Assembly (NCBI GenBank): GCA_016194455.1
Contig: JACQBN010000018.1
Location: forward strand, 10,669-74,668
Origin: Candidatus Kaiserbacteria bacterium
GTDB taxonomy: Bacteria; Patescibacteriota; Minisyncoccia; Phycocordibacterales; Phycocordibacteraceae
Reading direction: 5' to 3'
Length of the DNA: 64,000 bases
Shown: positions 27,740 through 36,520 of the stretch, piece after piece
How positions within the stretch are numbered: position 1 is the first letter of the stretch
How the letters are laid out: the number at the start of each line of letters is the position of its first letter
Program-made: the position numbers and the translations under genes
The notes under the pieces: model-generated
What the model was told of the DNA's origin: nothing
Database searches by the model: none
What the model saw: only the letters and a program-made list of their open reading frames with translations

Positions 27740-28951
27740 ATGAAGTTCCGTGTCGTCGTGGGGGGGGAGGGCGAGGGAGAGGAGATGCGCGTTATCGAGG
27801 CGCCCTCGCGCTTCGTCGTGTACGAACAGATACAAAAAGAGGGCAGGACGGTGCTGCAAATCAAAGAAAAAAGTTCTTTCGCGCTTCCTCCGTGGCTTAC
27901 TATGAGCATCGGTTCGGGGGTAAAGAAGCGGGCGATCGTAACGATGGCGAAGAACCTCTCTGCGATGCTCTCCGCCGGACTCTCGCTCTCCCGCGCACTC
28001 TCGGTCATTGAACGACAGTCACCCTCCAAGCGTCTTAAAACGATCTCTGCTGGACTTGGAGAGGCGGTCAAGAGAGGATCGTCGCTCCATGATGCCCTCT
28101 CCGCCTACCCGGCTGTCTTCTCCGGTCTCTTCGTCGCAATGGCGAAGGCGGGCGAGGAATCCGGGACGCTTGCAAACGCACTCTCGGTAGTCGGTCTCCA
28201 GATGGAGCGCTCCGAGGAGCTCCGCCGGAAGATTAAGGGCGCGATGATTTACCCCTCCATCGTGGTCACTGCGATTGTCATCGTCGGCATCCTTATGCTC
28301 GTCTATGTGGTGCCGACCTTGACCAAAACCTTTACCGAACTCGGGGTTGCCGTGCCGCTCACGACCCAGCTCATCGTTGCCGCTTCAAATTTTATGGTTG
28401 CGAACGCGCTCTTTGTGCTCACCGGACTCGTATTCCTTATCCTTGGCGGAGCGATTTTCTTCCGCTCGCGGACGGGGAGCGCGCTGGTGCTCTGGTCTGC
28501 GCTCCGGCTGCCGGTCATCGGAGAACTTGTGCGCGAGACGTATACCGCGCGCGCCGCGCGCACGCTCTCCTCGCTCCTCTCCTCGGGCGTGCCGGTCCTC
28601 GAGGCGCTCGGGATCACGCGCGAGGTGGTCCGGGCGGGCTCCTTCGCTCGCGTTATTGAAGAGGCCCAGGCGCGCGTGAAGAAGGGTGAGCCGCTCTCCG
28701 CGGCGTTTATGGAGCACCCGAAGCTCTATCCTCTCCTTATGAGTGACATGCTCGCGGTAGGCGAGGAAACCGGAAAGCTCGCCGAGATGCTGAAGCAAAT
28801 TGCCGAGTTCTACGAGGGTGACGTGGCAGAGAAAACGAAAGACCTTTCTACGGTTATCGAACCAGTTTTGATGCTCCTCATCGGCGCGGTGGTGGGCGTC
28901 TTCGCCGTCTCCATGATCGCGCCGATTTACTCGCTCTCGTCCGCGATTTAA
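27740..28951 (+). CDS. pilC: type IV pilus inner-membrane platform protein PilC / GspF family
   Basis: Two T2SS-F domains. Start set at ATG (MKFRVVV); the track starts at an upstream TTG. Confidence 0.85.
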   Translation: MKFRVVVGGEGEGEEMRVIEAPSRFVVYEQIQKEGRTVLQIKEKSSFALPPWLTMSIGSGVKKRAIVTMAKNLSAMLSAGLSLSRALSVIERQSPSKRLKTISAGLGEAVKRGSSLHDALSAYPAVFSGLFVAMAKAGEESGTLANALSVVGLQMERSEELRRKIKGAMIYPSIVVTAIVIVGILMLVYVVPTLTKTFTELGVAVPLTTQLIVAASNFMVANALFVLTGLVFLILGGAIFFRSRTGSALVLWSALRLPVIGELVRETYTARAARTLSSLLSSGVPVLEALGITREVVRAGSFARVIEEAQARVKKGEPLSAAFMEHPKLYPLLMSDMLAVGEETGKLAEMLKQIAEFYEGDVAEKTKDLSTVIEPVLMLLIGAVVGVFAVSMIAPIYSLSSAI

Positions 28952-28952
28952 T

Positions 28953-29438
28953 ATGCGCTTCGCGCGTCAGCCACAAGGATTCTCGCTCATTGAGATCGTT
29001 ATCACGCTTTTCATCGTCGGCGTTACGCTCGTCCTGCTACAAACCGTGCCGCGCAATCTCACGCTTGTGCGCCTCGCGAAAGATCAGGACATCGCGCTCC
29101 GAATTGTGGATTCGGAACTGGAGGTGCTGCGCGCCGGCGGCTACGCCGCATTACCCGCGAGCGGCTCCTTCTCGGCTTCCCAGCTCGCCTTGCTGCCGTC
29201 GGGTTCCGGGTCGCTCGCCGTTTCTGACTTCAACACAAAGACGAAGCAAGTGGTGGCCACTGTTTCCTGGCAGGAGCCCAGCCGCAGCACTCTTTCTTCG
29301 GTATCGCTCACCACGCTTATCACGCAGGTCGGTGGGCTCTCTGCGAATGGCGGTTCCGGCGCCTCCGGCTCCGGCGGGAGCGGATCCGGAAGCGGGTCGA
29401 ATCCTCCGTCCGGCAGCGGCAACTTAAATCAATTCTGA
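28953..29438 (+). CDS. prepilin-type (class III signal peptide) pseudopilin, Gly/Ser-rich C-terminus
   Basis: QG^FSLIEIVITLFIVGV cleavage/methylation motif. Confidence 0.75.
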   Translation: MRFARQPQGFSLIEIVITLFIVGVTLVLLQTVPRNLTLVRLAKDQDIALRIVDSELEVLRAGGYAALPASGSFSASQLALLPSGSGSLAVSDFNTKTKQVVATVSWQEPSRSTLSSVSLTTLITQVGGLSANGGSGASGSGGSGSGSGSNPPSGSGNLNQF

Positions 29439-29441
29439 AAA

Positions 29442-29993
29442 ATGCAAAACTTTGGTTTTACCTTGCTCGAGACCGTGATCACCATCGCTCTTTCCACCGT
29501 GATGATCCTCATTCTCGCGGGGCTCGCCTACAACTTCTCCTTCGTCTTTTCCTATCAGCAGAATGCGACGCAGGTGGCGGGCGGAGCGGGCCGCGTCGCG
29601 AGCGAGACGGATGCGCTCATCCGCGGCGCGAGCCAAGTCCTCTCTTCGCACACCATCGCGGGCACGACCTACACCTCCGGCGCGGGGGCGCTCGTGCTCG
29701 CGCTGCCCTCCATCGACAGCTCCGGCGCTGTGATCGCGGGCAAGAGTGATTACGCGGTTGTCTACGCGAGCAGCACGAGCGCGTATCGGCTCGTGGCGGC
29801 GGACGCCGCGAGCAGCCGCGTCTCCGGCACAAAACTGCTGACGAACAATCTTCTAGCGCTCGCTTTCGCCTTCGACAACACCGACTTCACCCAGGTGAAA
29901 GGCGTCGGAGTCGACATAAAGACCGAAACGAAGACTAAGCAGCAGACTCTCGATGAGCACCGCTACCAGGTTACCTATCTGCGCAACCACTAA
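29442..29993 (+). CDS. prepilin-type pseudopilin
   Basis: N-terminus MQNFG^FTLLETVITIAL. Confidence 0.7.
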   Translation: MQNFGFTLLETVITIALSTVMILILAGLAYNFSFVFSYQQNATQVAGGAGRVASETDALIRGASQVLSSHTIAGTTYTSGAGALVLALPSIDSSGAVIAGKSDYAVVYASSTSAYRLVAADAASSRVSGTKLLTNNLLALAFAFDNTDFTQVKGVGVDIKTETKTKQQTLDEHRYQVTYLRNH

Positions 29994-29996
29994 TCT

Positions 29997-31325
29997 ATGA
30001 CTCCCCGCGCACCACTCCGAGCACGCGGTCAGATTCTCATCCTCGCGCTGGTTTTCCTCGCGATATTCCTCTCGGTCGCGATTTCGCTCGTCGGCTATCT
30101 CACGGACTATGCGCGGAGCGAGCGCGTCTCGATTGCGAGCGCGCAGGCGCTTGCGCTCGCCGAGGCCGGTCTCGACGAGGCGGCGTACCAGCTGAACCAA
30201 AACGTGAGCTACGCGGGAGAGAGCGGGACCGCGCTCGGGGCCGGAACCTTCAGCGTAACCGTCGCGAGCGTTGATTCTTCCACAAAGAGGGTTACCGCGA
30301 CCGGCTTCGTGCCGTCAAGCCAGCATCCGACGGCGATCAAAACTATCACGGCTGAGGTGGGGTTGAACGCATCAAGCATCTCGTTCCACTACGGCATCCA
30401 GGCGGGGAACGGCGGCTTCAGTTTGAGCAACAGCTCGCAGATTATCGGCAATGTCTTCTCGGGCGGCCCGGTCGTCGGGAGCGGCAATGTGATCTACGGT
30501 GACGTCGTCTCTTCGGGCACGAACGGGCTCGTCTACGGAGTGCACGCAACGAGCAGCGTCTATGCGCACACCATCGGCTCCGCGAGCGCGGCCACGACCG
30601 TCGATGGCAACGCATACTACGTGAACAAGACTAATGCAACCGTCGCCGGGACCCTCTACACGAACAGCCCCGACCAGGGCACGGCGGCCTTGCCAATCTC
30701 CGACGCGCAGATAAGCCAGTGGGAGTCGTACGCCGAGGCGGGTGGCACTATCAGCTCCTGCGATTTCAGCGGCAACTATACGATCTCATCGAGCATGTCG
30801 CTCGGGCCGAAGAAGATCGCCTGCAACCTTGTGATCAAGAGCTCCTCGGGGGTGTTGACCGTTACTGGCCCGCTCTGGGTCACCGGCAACATCACCACCC
30901 AGACTGGCCCGACGATTAAGATGGACTCCGCGCTCGGCAGCACCAACGTCGCTATCATCGCGGACAAACCGACGAATACGACCGGGAGCGGGGTTATCAC
31001 GGTCGGGCAGAGCACGGTATTCCAAGGCTCGGGAGCGCAGGGTTCGTTCGTCTTCCTTATTTCGCAGAACAACAGTGCGGAGGCGGGCGGAGCGGTAGTC
31101 GCGCTTTCGCTCAACCAGGGAGCCTCCGCGCTCGTGGCCTACGCGAGCCATGGCCTCGCGAGCTTGAGCCAGAGCGTGAACGTCAAGGAAGTTACTGCCT
31201 ACAAAATAGCCCTGACCCAATCCGCGAGCGTCACCTATGATACCGGGCTGCCGAACACTATATTCCAGTCCGGACCGGGCGGCTCCTGGGACTTCGTCCC
31301 CGGAACCTACGCGATTGCGCGCTAA
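29997..31325 (+). CDS. large pilus-associated protein (PilX/minor-pilin-like N-terminal hydrophobic segment)
   Basis: N-terminal RARGQILILALVFLAIFLSVAISLVGYL followed by a long Ser/Thr/Gly-rich beta-type region. Same operon as the pseudopilins. Confidence 0.5.
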   Translation: MTPRAPLRARGQILILALVFLAIFLSVAISLVGYLTDYARSERVSIASAQALALAEAGLDEAAYQLNQNVSYAGESGTALGAGTFSVTVASVDSSTKRVTATGFVPSSQHPTAIKTITAEVGLNASSISFHYGIQAGNGGFSLSNSSQIIGNVFSGGPVVGSGNVIYGDVVSSGTNGLVYGVHATSSVYAHTIGSASAATTVDGNAYYVNKTNATVAGTLYTNSPDQGTAALPISDAQISQWESYAEAGGTISSCDFSGNYTISSSMSLGPKKIACNLVIKSSSGVLTVTGPLWVTGNITTQTGPTIKMDSALGSTNVAIIADKPTNTTGSGVITVGQSTVFQGSGAQGSFVFLISQNNSAEAGGAVVALSLNQGASALVAYASHGLASLSQSVNVKEVTAYKIALTQSASVTYDTGLPNTIFQSGPGGSWDFVPGTYAIAR

Positions 31326-31359
31326 GCGGCGGAGAGAGTCCGGCTGCTATACTTCTCCT

Positions 31360-32103
31360 ATGTTTATCGTCGCCAACTGGAAGGCCTATGTGGAGAGCCT
31401 GGCCGAGGCGAAAAAGCTCGCGGAGCTCGCGAAGCGGCTTGCCGCGAAGACCCGGGTCTCTCTCGTGATCGCGCCGCCCGCGCCCCTCCTCGCGTTCTTG
31501 GCAGCGCGCAACCGCTCGAGCATCGGCTTTGCCGCTCAGGACGTCTCGGCGGAGACGGGCGGGGCCGAAACGGGCGAAGTGTTGGCACAAATTTCCGCAT
31601 CGGCGGGTGCGACCTATGCGATTATCGGGCACTCGGAACGCAGAGCCCGCGGAGAGAGTGACGAGGTCGTCGCGCGTAAGCTTGCGCACGCGCTCGCACA
31701 GGGGCTTATCCCAATTCTCTGTGTGGGGGAGCACGAGCGTGATGCTGAGGGCGGATATCTCACTTTCGTCCGCGAGCAGGTGAGCTCAGCGCTCGAGCCT
31801 CTCGAGCCGAAGGAACGCTCACGCGTCATCCTCGCCTACGAGCCTGTCTGGGCGATCGGGAAGACGTCCGCGGACGCGATCGTCCCAGCGGATCTGGGCG
31901 AGATGGTTCTCTATTTACGAAAATTGCTTGCAGAACTCCTGCCGGGGAAGTCCTCAGCGCGTTCGCAGGTCCTCTACGGCGGTTCAGTGGAACCCTCCGA
32001 TATCCGCGCGCTTGCGGGTGGGACACAGGTAGACGGCTTCCTTGTCGGACACGCGTCAGTTGAGCCCTCCACCTTCGCCGCGCTGGTGAAGGCCGTTGCA
32101 TGA
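31360..32103 (+). CDS. tpiA: triosephosphate isomerase
   Basis: Start trimmed to MFIVANWKA. AYEPVWAIGKT and GGSV motifs. Confidence 0.9.
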   Translation: MFIVANWKAYVESLAEAKKLAELAKRLAAKTRVSLVIAPPAPLLAFLAARNRSSIGFAAQDVSAETGGAETGEVLAQISASAGATYAIIGHSERRARGESDEVVARKLAHALAQGLIPILCVGEHERDAEGGYLTFVREQVSSALEPLEPKERSRVILAYEPVWAIGKTSADAIVPADLGEMVLYLRKLLAELLPGKSSARSQVLYGGSVEPSDIRALAGGTQVDGFLVGHASVEPSTFAALVKAVA

Positions 32104-33248
32104 GAAGTGTCCGGGACATTCCTGTTTTTGAAAATATCCCCATCCTAGTGCGCGCGGCGCTCAATGAGCCACTCCAAAACGGCGTTGTTGTCGACAGCTT
32201 CCGGCTTTCTCGTGCGCAAGCGACGCTGCGTTTCCTTGCGGAGCGACATGCACGTGTCGTCGTCGCGAGTCACATCGGCGATCTTGGGACCGAGAGCCTG
32301 AAGCCGGTCGCTGAGGCACTTGGGCGGGCGCTCCGGGGTGTCTCCTTCTGCTCCTCGACTATTGGCGAGGAGGCGCGCGCTGCTATACGTGCGCTTTCAC
32401 CCGGTGGCATCCTCGTACTCGAAAATCTGCGCCGCAACCACGGAGAGACAGCGAACGATCCCGTCTTCGCCAAGGAGCTCGCGGCCTTGGCGGACGTTTT
32501 TGTAGAGGATTCCTTTGATACCTGCCACCGCGCGCACGCCTCCATCGTAGGCGTTCCGACTCTTTTGCCCTCCTACGCCGGCCTTCTGCTTGAGGAGGAG
32601 ATCGCGGCGCTTAGCGGAGCTCTCGCACCAAAAACACCTGCACTCGCCGTCATCGGCGGCGCGAAGTTTGGTACGAAAGAAGCGGTGCTTGAGACACTGC
32701 TCAGCGTCTACACCCACGTCTTCGTCGGCGGGGCACTCGCGAACGACTTCCTCAAGGCCGCGGGACAGGAGGTGGGCCAGTCGCTCGTCTCCGGCGCCGA
32801 CCCGGCTCACATTAAAAAATTGCTGGCGAACAAAAAGCTTATTCTCCCGATTGACTCGTTGGTGGTGCCGAGGGCAGCGATGGGCTCGATGGACCTACGA
32901 GGACGGGCGCGCATCGCGGGCTTCCGCGAGGTAAGGAACGACGAAGTTATTCTTGACCACGGGCCCGGGACCGAGGCGCTCCTCGCCGGGCTCGCGAAGA
33001 AGATGCACACCATTCTCTGGAACGGCCCCTTGGGGAATTACGAGAACGGCTTCACCGATGCGACCGATGGCTTCGCGCGCGCGGTCGCGGCCTCGGGCGC
33101 GCGCTCCATCGTGGGCGGCGGCGACACCGTCGCCTCAATAGAGAACTTGGGGCTCCTGCCCCGCTTCTCTTTCGTCTCGACCGGCGGGGGCGCGATGCTG
33201 GAATTTTTGGCAAAAGGTACTCTTCCAGGCATCCAGGTTCTTGGTTAA
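32100..33248 (+). CDS. pgk: phosphoglycerate kinase
   Basis: ASHIGDLG, FDTCHRAHAS, GGGD hinge motifs. ATGA overlap with tpiA. Confidence 0.9.
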   Translation: MRSVRDIPVFENIPILVRAALNEPLQNGVVVDSFRLSRAQATLRFLAERHARVVVASHIGDLGTESLKPVAEALGRALRGVSFCSSTIGEEARAAIRALSPGGILVLENLRRNHGETANDPVFAKELAALADVFVEDSFDTCHRAHASIVGVPTLLPSYAGLLLEEEIAALSGALAPKTPALAVIGGAKFGTKEAVLETLLSVYTHVFVGGALANDFLKAAGQEVGQSLVSGADPAHIKKLLANKKLILPIDSLVVPRAAMGSMDLRGRARIAGFREVRNDEVILDHGPGTEALLAGLAKKMHTILWNGPLGNYENGFTDATDGFARAVAASGARSIVGGGDTVASIENLGLLPRFSFVSTGGGAMLEFLAKGTLPGIQVLG

Positions 33249-33664
33249 CCCAGTTTTGCTCTGATTTTTTCTGCAATCTTTGCCGCTTCGCCCTCTGGAT
33301 AATTTTTACCGTGCCAGAGCTCATAGCCATCGTTCAGGAAGCGCGGCATCACATGCACATGCGCGTAGAAGACGACTTGCCCGGCCGCAGGAGAATTGTT
33401 CATTCCGATGTTGATGCCGTCCGCGCCAACCGCGTCCTTTATAACAGGCGCGAGCTTGTGGGCGGCGCGCATAAGGGCGGCGAAAGCGTTTGCATCGATG
33501 TCGAAAATGCTTTTCGCAAATTTCTTCGGCACCACGAGCGTGTGGCCGGGGTTCATGGGCTGGATATCGAGGAACGCGAGCGTCTCCGCATCCTCGTAGA
33601 TGATCTCGGCCGGGATCTCGCGGCGAATAATTTTATGAAAAACTGTCTCCTCCATGCCGGCCAT
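33245..33664 (-). CDS. HIT family hydrolase (canonical histidine triad)
   Basis: HVHVHVMPR motif. Confidence 0.85.
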   Translation of the reverse strand: MAGMEETVFHKIIRREIPAEIIYEDAETLAFLDIQPMNPGHTLVVPKKFAKSIFDIDANAFAALMRAAHKLAPVIKDAVGADGINIGMNNSPAAGQVVFYAHVHVMPRFLNDGYELWHGKNYPEGEAAKIAEKIRAKLG

Positions 33665-33692
33665 ACTACCATTTCGCTGTTATACTCCGCGC

Positions 33693-34112
33693 ATGCAATT
33701 CACCATCCATGCCGACGGAGGCGCGCGCGGCAATCCGGGGCCCGCGGGCGCCGGCGCAGTCATTCGCGACGAGCTTGGCACCATCATCGGCTCGGTTTCT
33801 AAATTTCTTGGGCATCAGACCAACAACTTTGCAGAATACGAAGCGGTAATCGCCGCGCTTGAAGAACTTTTTACTCTCGTGCCCGCAGGGAAACGCGCAG
33901 CGACGCAAGTGGTGGTGAAGATGGACAGCGAGCTTGTGGTGAAGCAGATGAATCGGGAATATAAAGTCAAACATCCGAACCTCAAGGCGCAGCACGCGCG
34001 GCTTATACAGCTGGCAGGCGCCTTCACCTCCGTCTCCTTCGTCCACGTCCCGCGCGAACAGAACAGCGACGCCGACCAGCTCGCGAACGACGCGATGGAT
34101 AGGGGAGCATGA
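33693..34112 (+). CDS. rnhA: ribonuclease HI
   Basis: MQFTIHADGGARGNPGPAG ... NNFAEYEA ... DADQLAN catalytic DEDD pattern. Start trimmed to MQFT. Confidence 0.8.
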   Translation: MQFTIHADGGARGNPGPAGAGAVIRDELGTIIGSVSKFLGHQTNNFAEYEAVIAALEELFTLVPAGKRAATQVVVKMDSELVVKQMNREYKVKHPNLKAQHARLIQLAGAFTSVSFVHVPREQNSDADQLANDAMDRGA

Positions 34113-35608
34113 GCGGGTTCGTCGCGGTGCTCGGCGGGTTCGCGAGCGGAGTGTTGCTCCGCTCACTTTTCGTACTGGGCTGGCCGGTCATTGTGTTTGT
34201 TTTGCTGTTGGCAGCGCTCTGCGGCGCTGCGGCGTTCCTCCAGCCGCGCCGAGCGAGTACGCTCGGCGCGGTATTTTTTATATTCCTTGCACTCGGGATA
34301 GTGCGCGCATCGCTTGCCGACACGCCGCTCCCCACGCCCTTCGCGGCGAGCGTCAAGGAACGCGTTTCCTATGAGGGCATCGTTGTCGCCGATCCGGACC
34401 TGCGCGACGCGAACCAGAGTGTTGAAGTCCGCGTGCGGCAGGGCGACGCTTCAACAATCATGTTGGCGATTGCTTCGCGCACCCCGATCGTGCGCGTGGG
34501 CGAGCGCGTGCGCGTCTCCGGCACGCTTGAGGCGCCCGAGGCGTTCGCGGATGATAACGGCCGCGTATTTCATTATGATAAATATCTGGAGCGCGAGGGA
34601 GTACGCTTTATACTCAACTTTTCTTTCATCCGCGTGGAGGCGCCCGCGCCCTGGTACTCGCTGCCGGCTGCGCTTGCACGGGTAAAGCACACATTCCTCA
34701 ACGGCATTGCGGCGACTCTGCCCGAGCCCGATGCGTCCTTGGCCGGCGGCGTTGTGATTGGCGGGAAGTCGGGGCTCGGGAGCGATTTGCAGAGGGCATT
34801 TGCACGCTCTGGCCTCGTGCAGATCATTGTGCTCTCCGGCTACAACGTGATGGTCGTCGCCGAGTGGGTGATGTACGGCGTTGGCCTGTTCGCTCTACCG
34901 CGCCGATGGTCGGCGGCTGCGGGGGTTCTCGCCCTGCTTCTCTTCGTCGGGGTCGCGGGTGCGTCCGCTACCACGCTTCGCGCCGGGCTTATGGCGCTCA
35001 TCGCGCTCTACGCTCGGGCGACCGGCCGCTCCTACGCGGCCGGTCGCGCGCTCCTCGCCGTCGTCCTCCTCATGCTGCTTTATAATCCGCTCCTGCTTGC
35101 GTTTGATCCTGGCTTCGGGCTGTCGGTGGCGGCGACTGCGGGTCTCATTTGGCTTGCCCCGCGCATCGAGCCTTTATTTTCATTCGTGAAAAATCTTTTC
35201 TGGAAAAACGCGATTGCGACGACGCTTGCCGCACAAGTTGCCGTGCTCCCGCTCCTTCTTTACGACACCGGCACTCTCTCCTTGGTAGCTATCCCCGCCA
35301 ACCTGCTTGCCATGCCGCTCGTGCCTGCGGCAATGGCGTTCTCCGCGCTCGCAGGCCTCGCGGGAATTCTTTTCAGCGCCATCGCGCCCTTGCTCGGCAT
35401 CGTTATTGCGTTCCCCGCGTATCTCGCCATGCGATTCCTCGTCCTCCTTGCAACCGGGAGCACGGCACTCCCGTTTGCCGCGTTCATCCTTCCCGCATTC
35501 CCTTTTGTGCTCGTGCTTGCCGCCTACGCCGCACTTATTTTCTTAGCTTCGTCAAAACGTTTCTCCACGACGCTCCAGTTGAGGTTCGCGAAGAATGCGT
35601 CTACGTAA
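34109..35608 (+). CDS. comEC: ComEC/Rec2 DNA-uptake channel protein (no C-terminal beta-lactamase domain)
   Basis: DUF4131-like N-terminus plus polytopic competence domain. ORF ends before any metallo-beta-lactamase domain. Confidence 0.8.
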   Translation: MSGFVAVLGGFASGVLLRSLFVLGWPVIVFVLLLAALCGAAAFLQPRRASTLGAVFFIFLALGIVRASLADTPLPTPFAASVKERVSYEGIVVADPDLRDANQSVEVRVRQGDASTIMLAIASRTPIVRVGERVRVSGTLEAPEAFADDNGRVFHYDKYLEREGVRFILNFSFIRVEAPAPWYSLPAALARVKHTFLNGIAATLPEPDASLAGGVVIGGKSGLGSDLQRAFARSGLVQIIVLSGYNVMVVAEWVMYGVGLFALPRRWSAAAGVLALLLFVGVAGASATTLRAGLMALIALYARATGRSYAAGRALLAVVLLMLLYNPLLLAFDPGFGLSVAATAGLIWLAPRIEPLFSFVKNLFWKNAIATTLAAQVAVLPLLLYDTGTLSLVAIPANLLAMPLVPAAMAFSALAGLAGILFSAIAPLLGIVIAFPAYLAMRFLVLLATGSTALPFAAFILPAFPFVLVLAAYAALIFLASSKRFSTTLQLRFAKNAST

Positions 35609-36141
35609 CTCTTCTTGTCTGCGGGGACGTAATCAACCATATACGCGTGCTCCCACAGGTCGAGCGCGAGCAGGATCGGGAGCCCCGCGAGCTGGCCGAG
35701 TTCGTGATCGGCGACGAAACTCGTATGCAGAGTCACAGCAACTGGGTCGTAGTAGACGACGACCCACCCAATGCCGCGCGTAAGGGCAACTTCCTTAATA
35801 TGCGCAATAAAGTTCTTGCCGCTGCCATACTTCTCTACCGCCGCCTCCGCGAGCGCAGACTGCGAATCTCCACCCTTCCCTCCCTCAAACTGCGCAAAGT
35901 AATATTCGTGCATGCGCATCCCATCAAACTCAAACGCGAGCCGGCGACGCAGCTCTGCGACGACATAGGGCTCCACGCCGCTCTCCTTCAACTTCTGGAT
36001 CTGCTCCATAATCAAATTCACGTGCTTGACGTACCCCTCATAAAGCGCGAGGTGCACCTTAATCTGTTTCTCCGATAATCCAGTGAGCGTCGGCAGATTG
36101 AACTTTCTTGCAATGTAGGTCATATCCGTAGAATCTAACAT
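35524..36141 (-). CDS. Fe/Mn superoxide dismutase
   Basis: HHxKHH-type N-terminus (VHLALYEGYVKH), DLWEHAYMVDY motif. Confidence 0.9.
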   Translation of the reverse strand: MLDSTDMTYIARKFNLPTLTGLSEKQIKVHLALYEGYVKHVNLIMEQIQKLKESGVEPYVVAELRRRLAFEFDGMRMHEYYFAQFEGGKGGDSQSALAEAAVEKYGSGKNFIAHIKEVALTRGIGWVVVYYDPVAVTLHTSFVADHELGQLAGLPILLALDLWEHAYMVDYVPADKKSYVDAFFANLNWSVVEKRFDEAKKISAA

Positions 36142-36257
36142 GTTTAGGATTAGGCCGTGCGCGGCTACTTGACTTTATAAACCGCATGTGCTATGTTCGA
36201 CAGCAGAGTGTGCTGGTCCTTGCCGAAGGCGAGGAGGCCCTCTCGAGGGAGGACAAA

Positions 36258-36470
36258 ATGGAAAGAGAAAGAACTGAAGCGGAGGTCGCCAGGATCAGGC
36301 GGGAAGCGGCGGCGGCGGCTGAGCGGAATTTCCGCCTCGTTCCAGACAGCGAGGGAGTTGTCTTCCGCCACACATCGGCAACAGAAACGGCAGAAATTCT
36401 CGCCGGGGGACCGAGGGGGACCGAACACTTCGAAGTGTCCCCATATGAGCGAAACTTTCCACACAATTGA
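36258..36470 (+). CDS. candidate small protein (MERERTEAEVARIRRE...); alternatively non-coding
   Basis: Only plus-frame ORF that ends just before the hairpin/T-tract at 36481. Region has overlapping ORFs in several frames. Confidence 0.2.
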   Translation: MERERTEAEVARIRREAAAAAERNFRLVPDSEGVVFRHTSATETAEILAGGPRGTEHFEVSPYERNFPHN

Positions 36471-36480
36471 ACAAGGGACT

Positions 36481-36513
36481 GGGCGGGCGCAACAAGCGCC
36501 CGCCTTTTACTTT
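36481..36513 (+). terminator. rho-independent terminator (possibly bidirectional; best U-tract on plus strand)
   Basis: GGGCGGGCGC-aacaa-GCGCCCGCC followed by TTTTACTTTAAAT. Confidence 0.5.
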
Positions 36514-36520
36514 AAATAAA

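Noticed and set aside
36142-36520. tmRNA or RNase P RNA in the sod-hypothetical spacer
   Set aside because: No GGGG...UUCGAC 5' element, tag-peptide reading frame, T-loop/CCA 3' end, or P4/CR-I GGAAAGUCCGG-type motifs could be found on either strand.
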